Source: Pristiophorus japonicus
Taxonomy: Eukaryota
Reading direction: 5' to 3'
DNA: 64,000 nt
NCBI RefSeq assembly: GCF_044704955.1
Contig: NC_091999.1
Coordinates: 23,684,001-23,748,000 of the forward strand
A model generated the notes under the pieces. It saw only the letters and a list, made by a program, of their open reading frames with translations. It had not been told where the DNA came from and searched no databases. Within the stretch, counting starts at the first letter, position 1. Every line of letters starts with the position of its first letter. The position numbers were made by a program, and so were the translations under genes. Positions 1 through 12,630 of the stretch are shown piece by piece.

Positions 1-420
1 AGGGGGACCTTGGAGTGCTTGTCCACAGATCCCTGAAGGTAGCAGGACAGCTTGATAAAGTGGTTAATGTGGCATACGGGATACTAGACTTTATTAGCTG
101 AGACATTGAATACAAGAGCTTAAATGTATAAAACACTAGTTAGGCCACAGCTCGAATACTGCGTGCAATTCTGGTCATCACATTACAGAAAAGAGAGGGT
201 ATAGAAGAGATTTACCAGGGTGATGCCGGGACTGGAGAATTTTAGGTCTGAGGAAAGATTGGATTGGCTGGGGTTATTTTCTTTGGAACAGAGGAGGCTG
301 AGGGGAGACCTGATTGAGGTTTATAAAATTATGAGGGGCCGAGATGGAGTGGATAGGAGGGACCTATTCCCCGTAGCAGAGAGGTCAATAACTAGGGGCA
401 TAGATTTAAAGTAATTGGTT
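1..420 (+). mobile_element. CR1 LINE, C-terminal ORF2 (RT) fragment
   Basis: ORF 220-414 reads ERLDWLGLFSLEQRRLRGDLIEVYKIM, the CR1 ORF2 C-terminal signature. Confidence 0.9.
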
Positions 421-423
421 GAA

Positions 424-3400
424 ACGTAGAAATTTACAGTGCAGGAGGCCATTTCGGCCCATCGTGTCCACGCCGACCGATAAAGAGCCACACGACCCTC
501 GGTCAGCAGCCCTGAAGGTTACATATAAACCTGTGAGCAATGAACAATGGCGGAAAGGTAAAGAGCACCCGGGCCAACCAATCCGCCTCACACAACTGCG
601 ACACCCCTTACACTGAAACATTCTACACTCCACCCCAACCGGAGCCATGTGATCTCCTGGGAGAGGCAAAAACCAGATAAAAACCCAGGCCAATTGGGGG
701 AAAAAAATCTGGGAAAATTCCTCTCTGACCCATCCAGGCGATCGAAACGAGCCCAGGAGATCACCCTGGCCATATTCGATTTGCTGCAGTACTTACCATC
801 GTATCTGCGGCAGCCAACAGGAGGTTATCCAGTCTAATCCCAATTACCAGCTCTAGGTCCGTAACCCTGCAGATTACGGCACTTCAAGTGCCCATCCAAG
901 CACCTTTTAAATGTGGTGAGCGTTTCTGCATCCACCATCCTTCCAGGCAGTGAGTTCCAGACCCACAGAACCCTCTGCGTCAAATCCCCTCTGAGCCTTC
1001 CACCAACCACCTTAAAACTATGCCCCCTCGTAATTGACCCCTCCACCAAGTGAAATAGACCCTTGCTTATCCACTATAACCAGGCCTCTCAAAATGTTGT
1101 CACCTCAATGAGGTCTCCTCTCAGCCTCCACTGTTCCAATGAGAGCAAACCCAGCCTATCCAATCTGCCCTCACAGCTAAGATGCTGCATTCCAGGCAGC
1201 ATCCTAGTAAATCTCCTCTGCACCCTCTCTCGTGCAATCACATCCTTCCTATAATACAGCAACCAGAACTCCAGCTGTGGCCTAACCAGAGTGTTATACA
1301 ATTGAAGCATAACCTCCGTGCTCTTGTATTCTGTGCTTCAGCCAATAAAGGCAAGCATTCAGTCTGCCGCCTTAACCACCTTATCCACCTGGCCTGCTAC
1401 CTTCAGGGATCTGTGGACAAGCACTCCAAGGTCCCTTTGATCAACGACCGTTTAATGTGTATCATCATCATCATCATTATAGGCAGTCCCTCGGGTTCGA
1501 GGAAGACTTGCTTCCAATCTTCGCCTGAGTTCTTTGGTGGCTGTACAGTCCAATATGGGAACCACAGTTTCTGTCACAGGTGAGACAGATATTTGTTGAG
1601 GGAAAGGGTGGGCAGGGAGCCTTGTTTGCCGCACGCTCCTTCCGCTGCCTGCGCTTGATTTCTGCATGCTCTTTGTGACGATACTCGAGGAGCTCAACAC
1701 CCTCCCGAATGCACTTCCTCCACTGAGGGCGGTCTATGGCCAAGGACTCCCAGGTGTCAGTGGGCATGTCGCACTTTATCAGGGAGACTTTGAGGGTGTC
1801 TATGTAACGTTTCCTCTGCCCGCCTTTGGCTTGTTTGCCGTGGACGAGTTCCGAGTGGAGCGCTTGCTTTGGGAGTCTCGTGCCTGGTATGCGAACTATG
1901 TGGCCTGCCCAGCGGAGCTGATCAAGTGTGGTCAGTGCTTCAATGCTGGGGATGTTGGCCTGGACGAGGACGCTAATGTTTGTGCGTCTGTCCTCCCAGG
2001 GAATTGCAGGATCTTGCAGAGACATCACTGGTGGTATTTCTCCAGTGACCTGAGGTGTCTACTGTACATGGTCCACGTCTCTGAGCCATACAGGAGGGTG
2101 GGTATTACTATGGCCCTGTAGACCATGAGCTTGGTGACAGTTTTGAGGAACTGATCTTCAAACATTAATGTGTATACCCATTCCTTATTAGCCCTCCCAA
2201 AGTGCATTACCTCACACTTCTCCGAATTAAATTCCATTTGCCACTGCTCTGCCCACCTGACCAGTAGATTGATATCCTCCTGCAGTCCATGACTTTCCTC
2301 TTCATTATCAACCACACAGCCAATTTTAGTGTCATCTATAAATGTCTTAATCTTACTCCCTAGATTCAAATCTAGATCATTGATATATACCACAAAAAGC
2401 AAGGGACCCATGACTGAGCCCTGCAGAACCCCACTGGAAACATCCTTCGTCACAAAAACATCCATCAATCATTACCCTTTTGCTTCCTACCTCGAAGCCA
2501 ATTTTGGATCCAACTTCCCACTTTGCTCTGGATCCCATGGGCTTTAACCTTCGTGACCGGTCTACCATGTGGGACCTTTTCAAAAGCTTTGCTAAAGGCC
2601 ATATACACTTCATTGTGTGCACTACCCTCATCGACCCTCTTGGTTGAATTTTTTGAAGGGGTAATCAGGATAGTCAAACACGATCTTCCCTTAACAAATC
2701 TGTGCTGACTGTCCCTAATTAGTCCTTGCCTTTCCAAATGTAGATTTATCCTCTCTCACAGGATTTTTTCCAATAATTTCCCACCACTGAGGTTAGGCTG
2801 ACAGGCCTGTAATTACTCGGCCTATCCCTTTCTCCCTTCTTAAACAAGGGTACAACATTAGCAGTCCTCTGACACCATGCCCAAATCCAAATAGGACTGG
2901 AAAATGATGGTCAAGGGATCTGCTATTTCCTCTTTTACTTCACTCAACAGCCTGGGATGCATTTCATCTGGGCCTGGGGAATTATCTACTTCCAAAGCTG
3001 CTAAACCCCTTAATACTCCTCTCTCACTGTTTATTTCATCCAGAATTTCACGCTCCTCCTCGATAACAGTTTCTGCATTGCCCCTTTCCTTTGTGAAAAC
3101 AGGCGCAATGTATTCATTCAGAATCATAACAACATCTTCCGCCGACACACAAAGATTACCCTCATGGTCTCTAATAGGCCCTACCCTTTCTTTAGTTTCC
3201 TCTTACTCTTAATATATTTATAGAACATCTTTGGGCTTTCCTTAATTTTACTAACCAAGTATTTTTCATGCTCTCTCAACATTCCTAATATACTTTTTTA
3301 TTTTACCTCTTAACTTTCTATATTCCTCCAAAGATTCTACAGTATTTAGCCGTTGGTGTATGACACAAGCTTCCCGTCTTTTCTTTATCCTTCCCCTGTA

Positions 3401-4800
3401 AGTCCTTAGACATCCAGCGGGTTCTAGAATTGTTATTCCACCCTTTTTCTTTAAAGTCACATGTTTGGCCTGATCCTTCCAGACCTCCTCCTTGAATGCC
3501 TCCCAATGTTCCGACACTGATTTACCTACAAGTAGCAGTTTCCAGTCCACTGTGGCCAAATCTCTCCTCAACTTAGCAAAGTTAGCTTTTCCCCAATTTG
3601 GAACTTTTATTCGAGGCCTATCCTTGTCCTTATCCATAACTAACTTGAATCTGACTGAATTATGGTCACTGGCACCCAAGTGCTCTCCCACTAATACCCC
3701 TTCAACCTGCCCAGCTTCATTCCTCAAAAGTAAATCCAAAACCGCCCCCTCTCGTGTTGGGCTTGTTACATACTGACTAAAAAAGTGCTCTTGAATGCAG
3801 TTTAAGAATTCCGTACCCTCTATACCCTTCACACTATATTTGCCCCAATCAATATTAGGATAGTTAAAATCCTCTGCTATTACTGCCCTATGGTTTTTAG
3901 ACTTCACAACAATTTGCCAACATATTTGTTCCTCTATCTCCCTCCCACTGTTTGCGGGTCTATAATACACGGCCAGCAGTGCGATCGCCCCTTTTTTATT
4001 TTTAAATTCGATCCATGTAGCCTCATTTGATGATCTCTCTAAAATATCCCTCCTCACCGCTGTAACAGTTTCTTTAATCAATACCGTGACACCCTTTTTA
4101 CCCCCCTCTCTGTCTTGTTTAAAAATCCTGTAACCAGGAATATTGATCTGTCAAACCTGCCCCTCTTTCAGCCATGTCTCGAATGGCTATAATGTCATAC
4201 TCCCAAGTATCTACCTGTGCTCTTCGCTCATCTGCCTTACTCGCTATACTCCTTGCATTAAAGGATATACCATTTAGCACAGGAAGACCTCCTTGATTTC
4301 TAATTACTAACCCTTGTTTCCTCTGTTTTACACATTTGCTTTCTAAATTCATGCTATCCAATTTCTGCTTTACTTCCTTCCCTATTGAATGTGTTCTCAG
4401 GTTCCCATTCCCCTGCCAAGCTAGTTTAAACTCTCCCCAACAGCACTAGCAAAGCTCCCCACGAGAATATTGGTCCCGGCACTGTTGAGGTGCAACCCGT
4501 CCGGTTTGTACAGGTCCCATCTCCCCCAGAAGTGGTCCCAATCACTCAATAATTTAAAGCCCCCCTTCCTACACCAACTCTCCAGCCACGCGTTCATTCT
4601 CTCTGTCCTTCTATTTTTGTACTCATTAGCACGTGGCACTGGTAGTAATCCGGAGATTACTACCTTTGAGGTCCTACTCTTCAATTTTCTTCCTAGCTCC
4701 CTAAATTGTGCCTGTAGGACCTCATCCCTCTTTCTACATATGGTGCTGGTCCTGATATGGACCACGACCTCTAGCTGTTTACCCTCTTCCCCCCCCCCCA
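424..4800 (-). mobile_element. Near full-length degraded CR1 LINE (ORF1 esterase, endonuclease, RT, long 3' UTR), interrupted by an RTE insertion
   Basis: Minus-strand ORFs: 4421-4801 SGNH-esterase ORF1 (DLYKPDGLHLN), 3266-4081 APE endonuclease (DFNYP, SDHNSV), 2025-2737 RT motifs (GVLQGSVMGP, FIDDTK), 834-1310 ORF2 C-terminus. Confidence 0.9.
1463..2164 (-). mobile_element. 5'-truncated RTE-clade LINE nested in CR1
   Basis: ORF 1477-2028 (QLRWAGHIVR, RLPKQ, GGQRKRY, C-terminal CxxC..HxxH), LLYGSETW motif, (ATG)n 3' tail, 11-bp direct repeat TTAATGTGTAT at 1452-1462 and 2165-2175. Confidence 0.88.
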
Positions 4801-4952
4801 CCCACCCCTCGCCAGAATTCCAGAATATTAAAATCCAGCCCAGTTAGAGGGTTATTAGCATGAGCACAAACAAACCCCAACTGTCAGAATGAACATGATT
4901 CAGTCCGGATGTGATTAGCAGCAGTAATAACAGCAGATTCCAACCCCTGCAG

Positions 4953-5466
4953 TCACTTGTGAACTCGCTGATGTGTCAGCAGATCGGATGACCAAGTGAA
5001 TCCCTTCCCACATTCAGAGCAGGTGAACGGCCTCTCCCCAGTGTGAATGCGTCGATGAATTTCCAGCACAGATGGCGATCTGAATCCCTTCCACGGTTTC
5101 TCCATGGTGCGGGTATCCTTGTGACTCTCCAGGTTGGACGATCAGTTGAAGCCTCGCCCACACACACAACACGTTTACAGATTCTCCCCGCTGTGAATGG
5201 TGCGATGTTTCTTCAGGCTGTGTAACTGGTTAAAGCTCTTTCCACAGACAGTGCACTTAAACACTCATTCAGGTGTGTGTGTCTCGGTGCTTTTCCAGTC
5301 ACACTGATATTTGAAATCTTTTCCCACAGGCAGAACAGACAAACATTTCTCCTTGCACTTTCAAAGGCCGATGATATTCAGATCCTGATGAATCGATTGA
5401 CTCCGTCAGATCTTGACGCGATGTTTGGTTTGTGTTTCCTGTCTGAAAATCTCCCCTTCTAATACG
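4953..5466 (-). pseudogene. C2H2 zinc-finger gene terminal exon, paralogue 1 (collapsed to one intact finger)
   Basis: Reverse strand reads [50 protein letters not shown] (ATG 5105 to TGA 4953), preceded by degenerate fingers. The 3' UTR (4815-4952) and exon 5' end match the other two ZNF copies. Confidence 0.85.
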
Positions 5467-5677
5467 CTTTAAAAGGAGATAACAAAACTCATCACTGTCA
5501 GTACAAGACAGAAATTCAGGATAGATACATCTAGTTTCCATGCAACATTCTTTCCTCTCTTGTTCTTCCAAAGTTGTAAATCCCTGTCCTACACATTGTC
5601 CCTCCTGCTGTGCTGAAATCCAAATCAACACACAATTCTAAACTGTTTCTCCTCTTCTCCCAGTTTTCAACACGAAT

Positions 5678-6165
5678 TCTGGCTTGATTCAGTTCTACAC
5701 TCACTGGTTCCCCTCCCCTGAAGGTACTGATTCTGGCTGGGTTCAGTTCTACACTCACTGGTTCCCCTCCCCTGAAGGTGCTGACTCTGGCTTGATTCAG
5801 TTCTACACTCACTGGTTCCCCTCCCCTGAAGGTACTGACTCTGGCTGGGTTCAGTTCTACACTCACTGGTTCCCCTCCCCTGAAGGTACTGACTCTGGCT
5901 TGATTCAGTTCTACACTCACTGGTTCCCCTCCCCTGAAGGTACTGACTCTGGCTTGATTCAGTTCTACACTCACTGGTTCCCCTCCCCTGAAGGTGCTGA
6001 CTCTGGCTGGGTTCAGTTCTACACTCACTGGTTCCCCTCCCCTGAAGGTACTGACTCTGGCTTGATTCAGTTCTACGCTCACTGGTTCCCCTCCCCTGAA
6101 GGTACTGACTCTGGCTTGATTCAGTTCTATACTCACTGGTTCCCCTCCCTCTCCTCCCCTGAAGG
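5678..6165. repeat. 54-bp minisatellite, ~9 copies (CTGGCTTGATTCAGTTCTACACTCACTGGTTCCCCTCCCCTGAAGGTACTGACT)
   Basis: Directly visible tandem repeat; gives 18-aa periodic spurious ORFs. Confidence 0.97.
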
Positions 6166-6179
6166 TTTTTTTTACTGTT

Positions 6180-9100
6180 AAGTTAGTATTTAGTCTTTAA
6201 CTAAAGGTTAGTTAAATCAGCTGATTGCTGAGTATTTGCTGGGTGTATTTCTCTAAGGTTTAGAGTTTAGTTCTACTTGATAGTTGCGAGTGTAACTAGA
6301 GGGATGACAGGACAGCTCAGTCCCGTGGATTACACATCCTGTGGCATGTGGGAAATCCTGGAAGCTTCACACAGCCGGGACGACCACATCTGCTGGAGGT
6401 GTCTCCAGCTGCACCAACTCCAGCTCCGTGTTTTGGAGCTTGAGCAGTGGCTGGAGTTACTGCGGTGCATCCATGAGACTGAGAGCTACGGGGATATCAC
6501 GTTTCTATGGGTGGTCACCCCGCAGCTTAAGAATGTGCAGGCAGATAGGGATTGGGTGACCCCTGGACAGAAGAGGAGGACTAGGCAGGTAGTGCAGGAG
6601 TCCCCTGCGTCCATCTCACTCTCCAACTGGTTCTCTGTTCTGAGTACCGCTGAGGGCGATGGTGGCTCTGGGGAGTGAGCCAGAGCCAAATCCACGGCAC
6701 CACGGGTGTCTCAGCTGCACGGGGAGGAGGAAGAAGAATGGAAGATCTATAGTGGGAGGGGATTCAATATTCAGGGAGCAGACAGGCGTTTCTGCGGCCA
6801 CAGACGTGACTCCAGGATGGTATGTTGCCTCCCTGGTGCCAGAGTCAAGGATGTCACTGAGCAGCTGCAGGGCATTCTGGGGGGGGGGAGAGGGTGAACA
6901 GCCGGAGGTTGTGGTCCACATCGGGACCAATGACACGGGTAGAAAGAGGGGTGAGGTCCTGCAGGCAGAGTTTACGGAGCTCGGAGAGAGATTAAAAAGC
7001 AGGCTCTCAAAGCTAGTAATCTCCGGATGACTCCCGATGCCACGAGCGAGTGAGTACAGAAATAGGAGGATAGAGCAGATGAATACGTGGCTGGAGAGAT
7101 GGTGCAGGCGGGAGTGCGTTAGTTTCCTGAGGCATTGGGACCGCTTCTGGGGGAGGTGGGACCGGTACAAGCCGGACGTGTTGCACCTCAACAGAGCCGG
7201 GACCAATATCCTCGCAGGGACGGGGGTTGCTAGTGCTGTTAGGGAGAGTTTAAACTAGCTTGGCAGGGGGATGGAAACCTGAAAATAGATTCATTAGGGA
7301 GGGAAGTAAAGCTGGAATTAGAAAGCAAAATTAAAGAAAGTGAGTTTGAAGGAGAGAGGTAACAAGCAGGAAAAAAGTGTAAAAAAAACAAACTTAAAGC
7401 CACTTTGTCTCAATGCACGTAGCATTTATAACAAAATAGATGAGTTGACGGCACAAATAGATGCAAATGGGTATGATCTGATAGGCATTACAGAGACATG
7501 GTTGCAAGGTGACCAGGTCTGGGAATTAAATATTCAGGGGTATTTGACAATCCAGAATGACAGACAGAAAGGAAAAGGAGGTGGGGCAGCTCTATTGATA
7601 AAGGATGGAATCACTGCAATAAGAATAAATGATATTGGCTCAAATGATCAGGATGTTGAACCAGTTTGGGTGGAGATAAGGAATAATAAAGGGAAAAAGT
7701 CACAGGTGGGTGCAGTCGATAGGCCCCCTAACAATAGCTACTCTGTTGGTCAGCGCATAAACCAGGAAATAGTGGGGGCTTGTAAAAAGGGAACAGCAAT
7801 AATCATGGGTGATTTTAACCTCCATATTGATTGGACAAATCAAATTGGTCAGGTTAGCCTTGAGGAGGAGTTCATAGAGTGCATAAGGGACGGGTTCCTT
7901 CAGCAGTATGTAACGGAACCAACCAGGGGGCAGGCTATCTTAGATCTGGTGCTGTGTAATGAGAGAGGATTAATAAACAATCTCCTAGTAAAGGATCCCT
8001 TGGAATGAGTTCATAGCATGGTTGAATTTCAAATTCAGATGGAGGGTGAGAAAGTTAGCTCTCTAACCAGCGTACTAAGCTGAAATGAAGGAGACTATGC
8101 AGGTATGAGGGCAGAGTTGGCTCAAGTGGACTGGGAAAGTAGATTAAAGTGTAGGATGGTTGTTGAGCAGTGGTGTACATGTAAGGAGATATTGCACAAC
8201 TCTCAAGAGAAATATATTCCAGTGAGGAGGAAAGGGTGTGAAAGAAAATAAATAATGGACGGTATCCAATTAAAAACAAGGGCATACAAAGTGCCCAAAA
8301 CTAGTGGGAGGACAGAAGATTGGGAATCTTTTAAAAGCCAGCAAAGAAAGACTCAAAAAATGAAGAAAGGGCAGTTAGACTATGAAAGTAAACTAGCACG
8401 AAATATAAAAACAGATAGCAAGAGTTTCTATAGGTATATAAAAAGGAAAAGAGTGGCGAAAGTAAATGTTGGTCCCTTGGAGGACGAGATCAGGGAATTA
8501 GTAATGGGGAACATGGAGATGGCAGAAACTCTGTACAAATATTTTGTATCAGTCTTTACGGTAGAGGACACAAACAATATCCCAACAGTGGATAGTCAAG
8601 GGGCTATACGGGGGAGGATCCAAACACAATCACTAGGAAGGTGGTACTCAGTAAGGTAATGGGACCAAAGGTGGATAAATCCCCTGGACCTGATGACTTG
8701 CATCCTCGGGTCTTCAGAGAAGTAACGGCAGGGATAGTGAATGCATTGATTGTAAATTTAACATAATTCCCTGGATTCAGATTGGAAAACTGCAAATGTA
8801 ACACCTCTATTTAAAAAAGGAGGCAGACAAAAAACAGAAAACTATAGACCAATTAGCCTAACATCTGTGGTTGGGAAAATGTTGGAGTCCATTATTAAAG
8901 AAGCAGTAGCAGGACATTTGGAAAAGCACAATTCAGTCAGGCAGAGTCACCACGGATTTATGAAGGGGAAGTCATGTTTGACAAATTTGTTGGAATTCTT
9001 TGAGGATGTAACAAACAGGGTGGATAAAGGGGAACCAGTGGATGTGGTATATTTGGTCTTCCAGAAGGCATTTGACAAGGTGCCACTTAAAAGGTTACTG

Positions 9101-9945
9101 CACAAGATCAAATATCATGGGATTGGGGGTAATATATTAGCATGGATAGAGGATTGGCTAACTAACAGAAAACAGAGTCAGGATAAATGGTTCATTCTCA
9201 GGTTGGCAATCAGTAACTAGTGGGGTGTCGCAGGGATCAGTGCTGGGACTCCTACTATTTACAATCTATAGTAACGATGTGGAAGAAAGCACTGACTGTA
9301 ACGTAGCCACATTTGCTGACGATACAAAGATAGGAGGAAAAGCAACGTGTGAGGAGGACACAAAAAATCTGCAAAAGGACATAGACAGGCTAAATGAGTG
9401 TGCAAAAATTTGGTAGATGGAGTATAATGTTGGAAAGTGTGAGGTCATGTGCTTTGGCAGAAAAATTCAAAGAGCAAGTTATTAATTAAATGGAGAAAAA
9501 TTGCAAAGTTTACTATGCAGGTTCTGCAAATGATCAGGAAGGCCAATGAAATCTTGGCCTTTATTGCAAAGGGGATGGGGTACAAAAGCAGGGAAGTCTT
9601 GCTCCAGTTGTACAGGGTATTGGTGAAGGCACATCTAGAATACTGCGTATAGTTTTGGTTTCCATATTTACGAAAGGATATACTTGCTTTGGTAGCAGTT
9701 TCTTGTCTTGGAGGGTTGTAATTCTGTGGAATTCGCTGCCTCAGAGAGCTGTGGAAGCTGGGTCATTGAATAAATTTAAGACAGAGATAGACAGTTTTTT
9801 AACCAATCAGGGGTTATGGGGAGAGGGCAGGGAAGTGGTCCAGAGTCCATGATCGGATCAGCCATGATCGTGTTGGATTGTGAAGCAGGCTCGATTATGG
9901 CCTGCCCCTGCTCCTATTCCTTATGTTCATTTGTTCTTATGTTCT
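6180..9945 (+). mobile_element. Near full-length degraded CR1 LINE (ORF1 zinc-knuckle/leucine zipper/esterase + ORF2 EN-RT)
   Basis: SCGMWE..CWRC, LPGARVKDV, VVVHIGTND, NARSI..ITETWL, GDFN, ATFADDTK motifs across frameshifted ORFs; 3' tail TTATGTTC near 9940. Confidence 0.92.
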
Positions 9946-10034
9946 ACATTTTCTCATCAGACACTTCCAGGGCAGGTACAGCAAGGGTTAGATATAGAGT
10001 AAAGCTCCCTCGACACTGTCCCATCAAACGCTAA

Positions 10035-12573
10035 ACCTTGCCCATAATGAGCAGGGCTCAGGGAGGTTGGTTGCTAGGCACTGCAGTGATGTCATTAAGC
10101 TAGTTTGAACAGCTAATAGTTACTCCAAACTAACTTAGGCCAGCATATCTGGCCACAAAGAAAAACCTTGTTGGGAGTTGAGAAAGCACCAAGCACCAAA
10201 CAAAGCAGTACATTTAAAGGACCAAGCACGAAACAAAGCACAAAAATAAACATTCAATAACAAATAAAAAAATAAAAGGAAGCTGAGAGAACCTGCACCT
10301 AGCACCAAGATTTACAAAGCACGAAACAAAGCACAAAAATTAAGAAGCAATTAATTAACAAATATAAAATAAAAGGAACCCTGCATCTAAAGCACCAAGA
10401 CCAAAGTAATTGATGGGATTGAAGGCCAATAAATCCCTGGGGCCCGATAATCTGCGTCACAGAGCACTTGAGGAAGTGGCCCTAGAAATAGTGGATGCAT
10501 TGGTGATCATTTTACAACAATCTATCGACCTTGGATCAGTTCCTATGGCCTGGAGGGTAGCTAATGTCGCACCACTTTTTAAAAAAGGAGAGAGAAAACG
10601 GGTACTAATAGACCAGTTAGCCTGACATCAGGCGTGCGGAAAATGTTGGAATCAATCATTAATGATGAGAGAGCAGTGGCAGGATCGGACCAAGTCAGCA
10701 TGGATTTATGAAGGGGAAATCATGCTTGACAAATCTTCTAGAATTTTTTGAGGATGTAACTGGTACAGTGGACAGGGGAGAACCAGTGGATGTGGTGTAT
10801 TTGGACTTTCAAAAGGCTTTTGACAAGGTCCCTCAAAAGGCTTTTGACAAGGTCCCACACAAGAGATTCTTGTGCAAAATTAAAGCACATGGTATTGGGG
10901 GTAATGTACTGATGTGGATAGAGAACTGGTTGGCAGACAGGAAGCAGTGAGTCGGGATAAACGAGTCCTTTTCAGAATGGCAAGCGGTGACTAGTGGGGT
11001 GCCGCAGTGCTCAGTGCTGGGACCCCAGCTATTTACAATATGCATTAATGATTTAGATGGAGGAATTGAGTGTAATATCTCCAAGTAAGCTGGGTGGCGG
11101 TGTGAGCTGTGAGGAGGACGTTATGAGGCTGTACAGTGACTTGGACAGGTTAGGTGAGTGGGCAAACACATGACAGATGCAGTACAATGTGGATAATTGT
11201 GAGGTTATCCACTTTAGTGGCAAAAACACAAAGGCTGAATATTATCTGAATGGCAGCAGATTAGGAAAAGTGGAGGTGCAATGAGATCGGTTTGTCATGG
11301 TACATCAGTCATTGAAAGTTGGCATGCAGGTACAGCAGGCGGTGAAGGCGGCAAATGGTATGTTGGCCTTCACAGCAAGGGGATTTGAGTACAGGAAGGT
11401 CTTACTGCAGTTGTACAGGGCATTAGTGAGGCCTCACCTGGAATATTGTGTACAGTTTTGGTCTCCTAACTTGAGGAAGGACATTCTTGCTATTGAGGGA
11501 GTGCAGTGAAGGTTCACCAGACTGATTCCCGGGATGGCAGGACTGACATATGAGGAGAGACTGGATCGACTGGGCCTGTATTCACTGGAGTTTAGAAGGA
11601 TGAGAGGGGATCTCATAGAAACATAAAAAATTCTGACAGGCCTGGACAGGTTAGATGCAGGAAGAATGTTCCCGATGTTGGGGAAGTCCAGAACCAGGGA
11701 CATTGTCCAAGGATAAGGGGTAAGCCAGTTAGGACTGAGATGAGGACAAACTTCTTCACTCGGAGAGTTGTTAACCTGTGGAATTCTCTCCTGCAGAGAG
11801 TTGTTGATGCCAATTCATTGGATATATTCAAGAGGGAGTTAGATATGGCCCTTACGGCTAAAGGGATCAAAGGTTATGGAGAGAAAGCAGGAAAGGGGTA
11901 CTGAGGTGAATGATCAGCCATGATCTTATTGAATGGTGGTGCAGGCTCGAATGGCTGACTCCTGCATCTATTTTCTATATTTCTATGCAATAAGCAATCA
12001 ATCAATAACAAATAAAAGATCGGCGAATCGGTTCTTTCTCACTGTGTAGATCTGCTCCGGGTGATATACCCTCAACCTCCCACTGACTGCAACTCAACTT
12101 GCATGTATGTGCAGTCAAAACTCAGAGAAAGCTCAGAATCTCTTTAGTGAACTTAAACTGGGGTCTCGAGATCTCTTGCAACCCAGAAAGCAAAATGGAA
12201 AATGGACCACAAGCAATCAATAAATAAATAAACACACAAAAAATAGAAGTCCTACCTTCAGCGGGCCGCCGATGAGGGAGCCCATTGGGCCAGGGATAGG
12301 GGCGGTGTGCTTCGGGCCCCTCCCACACAGCCTGCAGAGCACACCAGAGATTCTGGGGGCGAGGAGCTACTGCACATGCGTGCACACTCTAGCGTGCATG
12401 TGCAGAGGTCCCGGCACTGTTTTCAGCCCCGGGACCTGGCTGCGCCTCCATCGAGGCGAGGCTGGGGAGCGGCCAAACTCGGCCTGAAGATTTTTGGCGC
12501 CCTAATCAGTGTAGAAAAGCAGAGCACCTCTGGTGAGTTCGTCAGAAATTTCTACTGGTCAAATTTGGGCCCC
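10035..12573. mobile_element. Unclassified interspersed repeat, possibly a non-autonomous PIF/Harbinger-like DNA transposon, split by a CR1 insertion
   Basis: A-rich AAGCA(C)/AATAA subrepeats continue on both sides of the CR1 (10190-10405 and 11988-12245); the right end AAATTTGGGCCCC looks like a TIR. No matching left TIR was found. Confidence 0.3.
10408..11987 (+). mobile_element. 5'-truncated CR1 LINE (RT + 3' UTR)
   Basis: KGKSCLTNLLEFFEDVT, VYLDFQKAFDKVP (with an in-frame 24-bp duplication), [13 protein letters not shown]; 3' tail TTTTCTATATTTCTATG. Confidence 0.93.
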
Positions 12574-12630
12574 AAGAGTGGGACTGTTTCAAATTTAAAA
12601 ATTTAGCACTTAGTTCTCACCAATGTGCGC

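Noticed and set aside
724-750. Possible hammerhead ribozyme (CTGA...GAAAC)
   Set aside because: The core reads CTGACCC rather than CTGANGA and no three-stem fold is evident.
5531-6181. 201-aa and 165-aa ORFs with 18-aa periodicity
   Set aside because: By-products of a stop-free 54-bp tandem repeat, open on both strands; no evidence of coding function.
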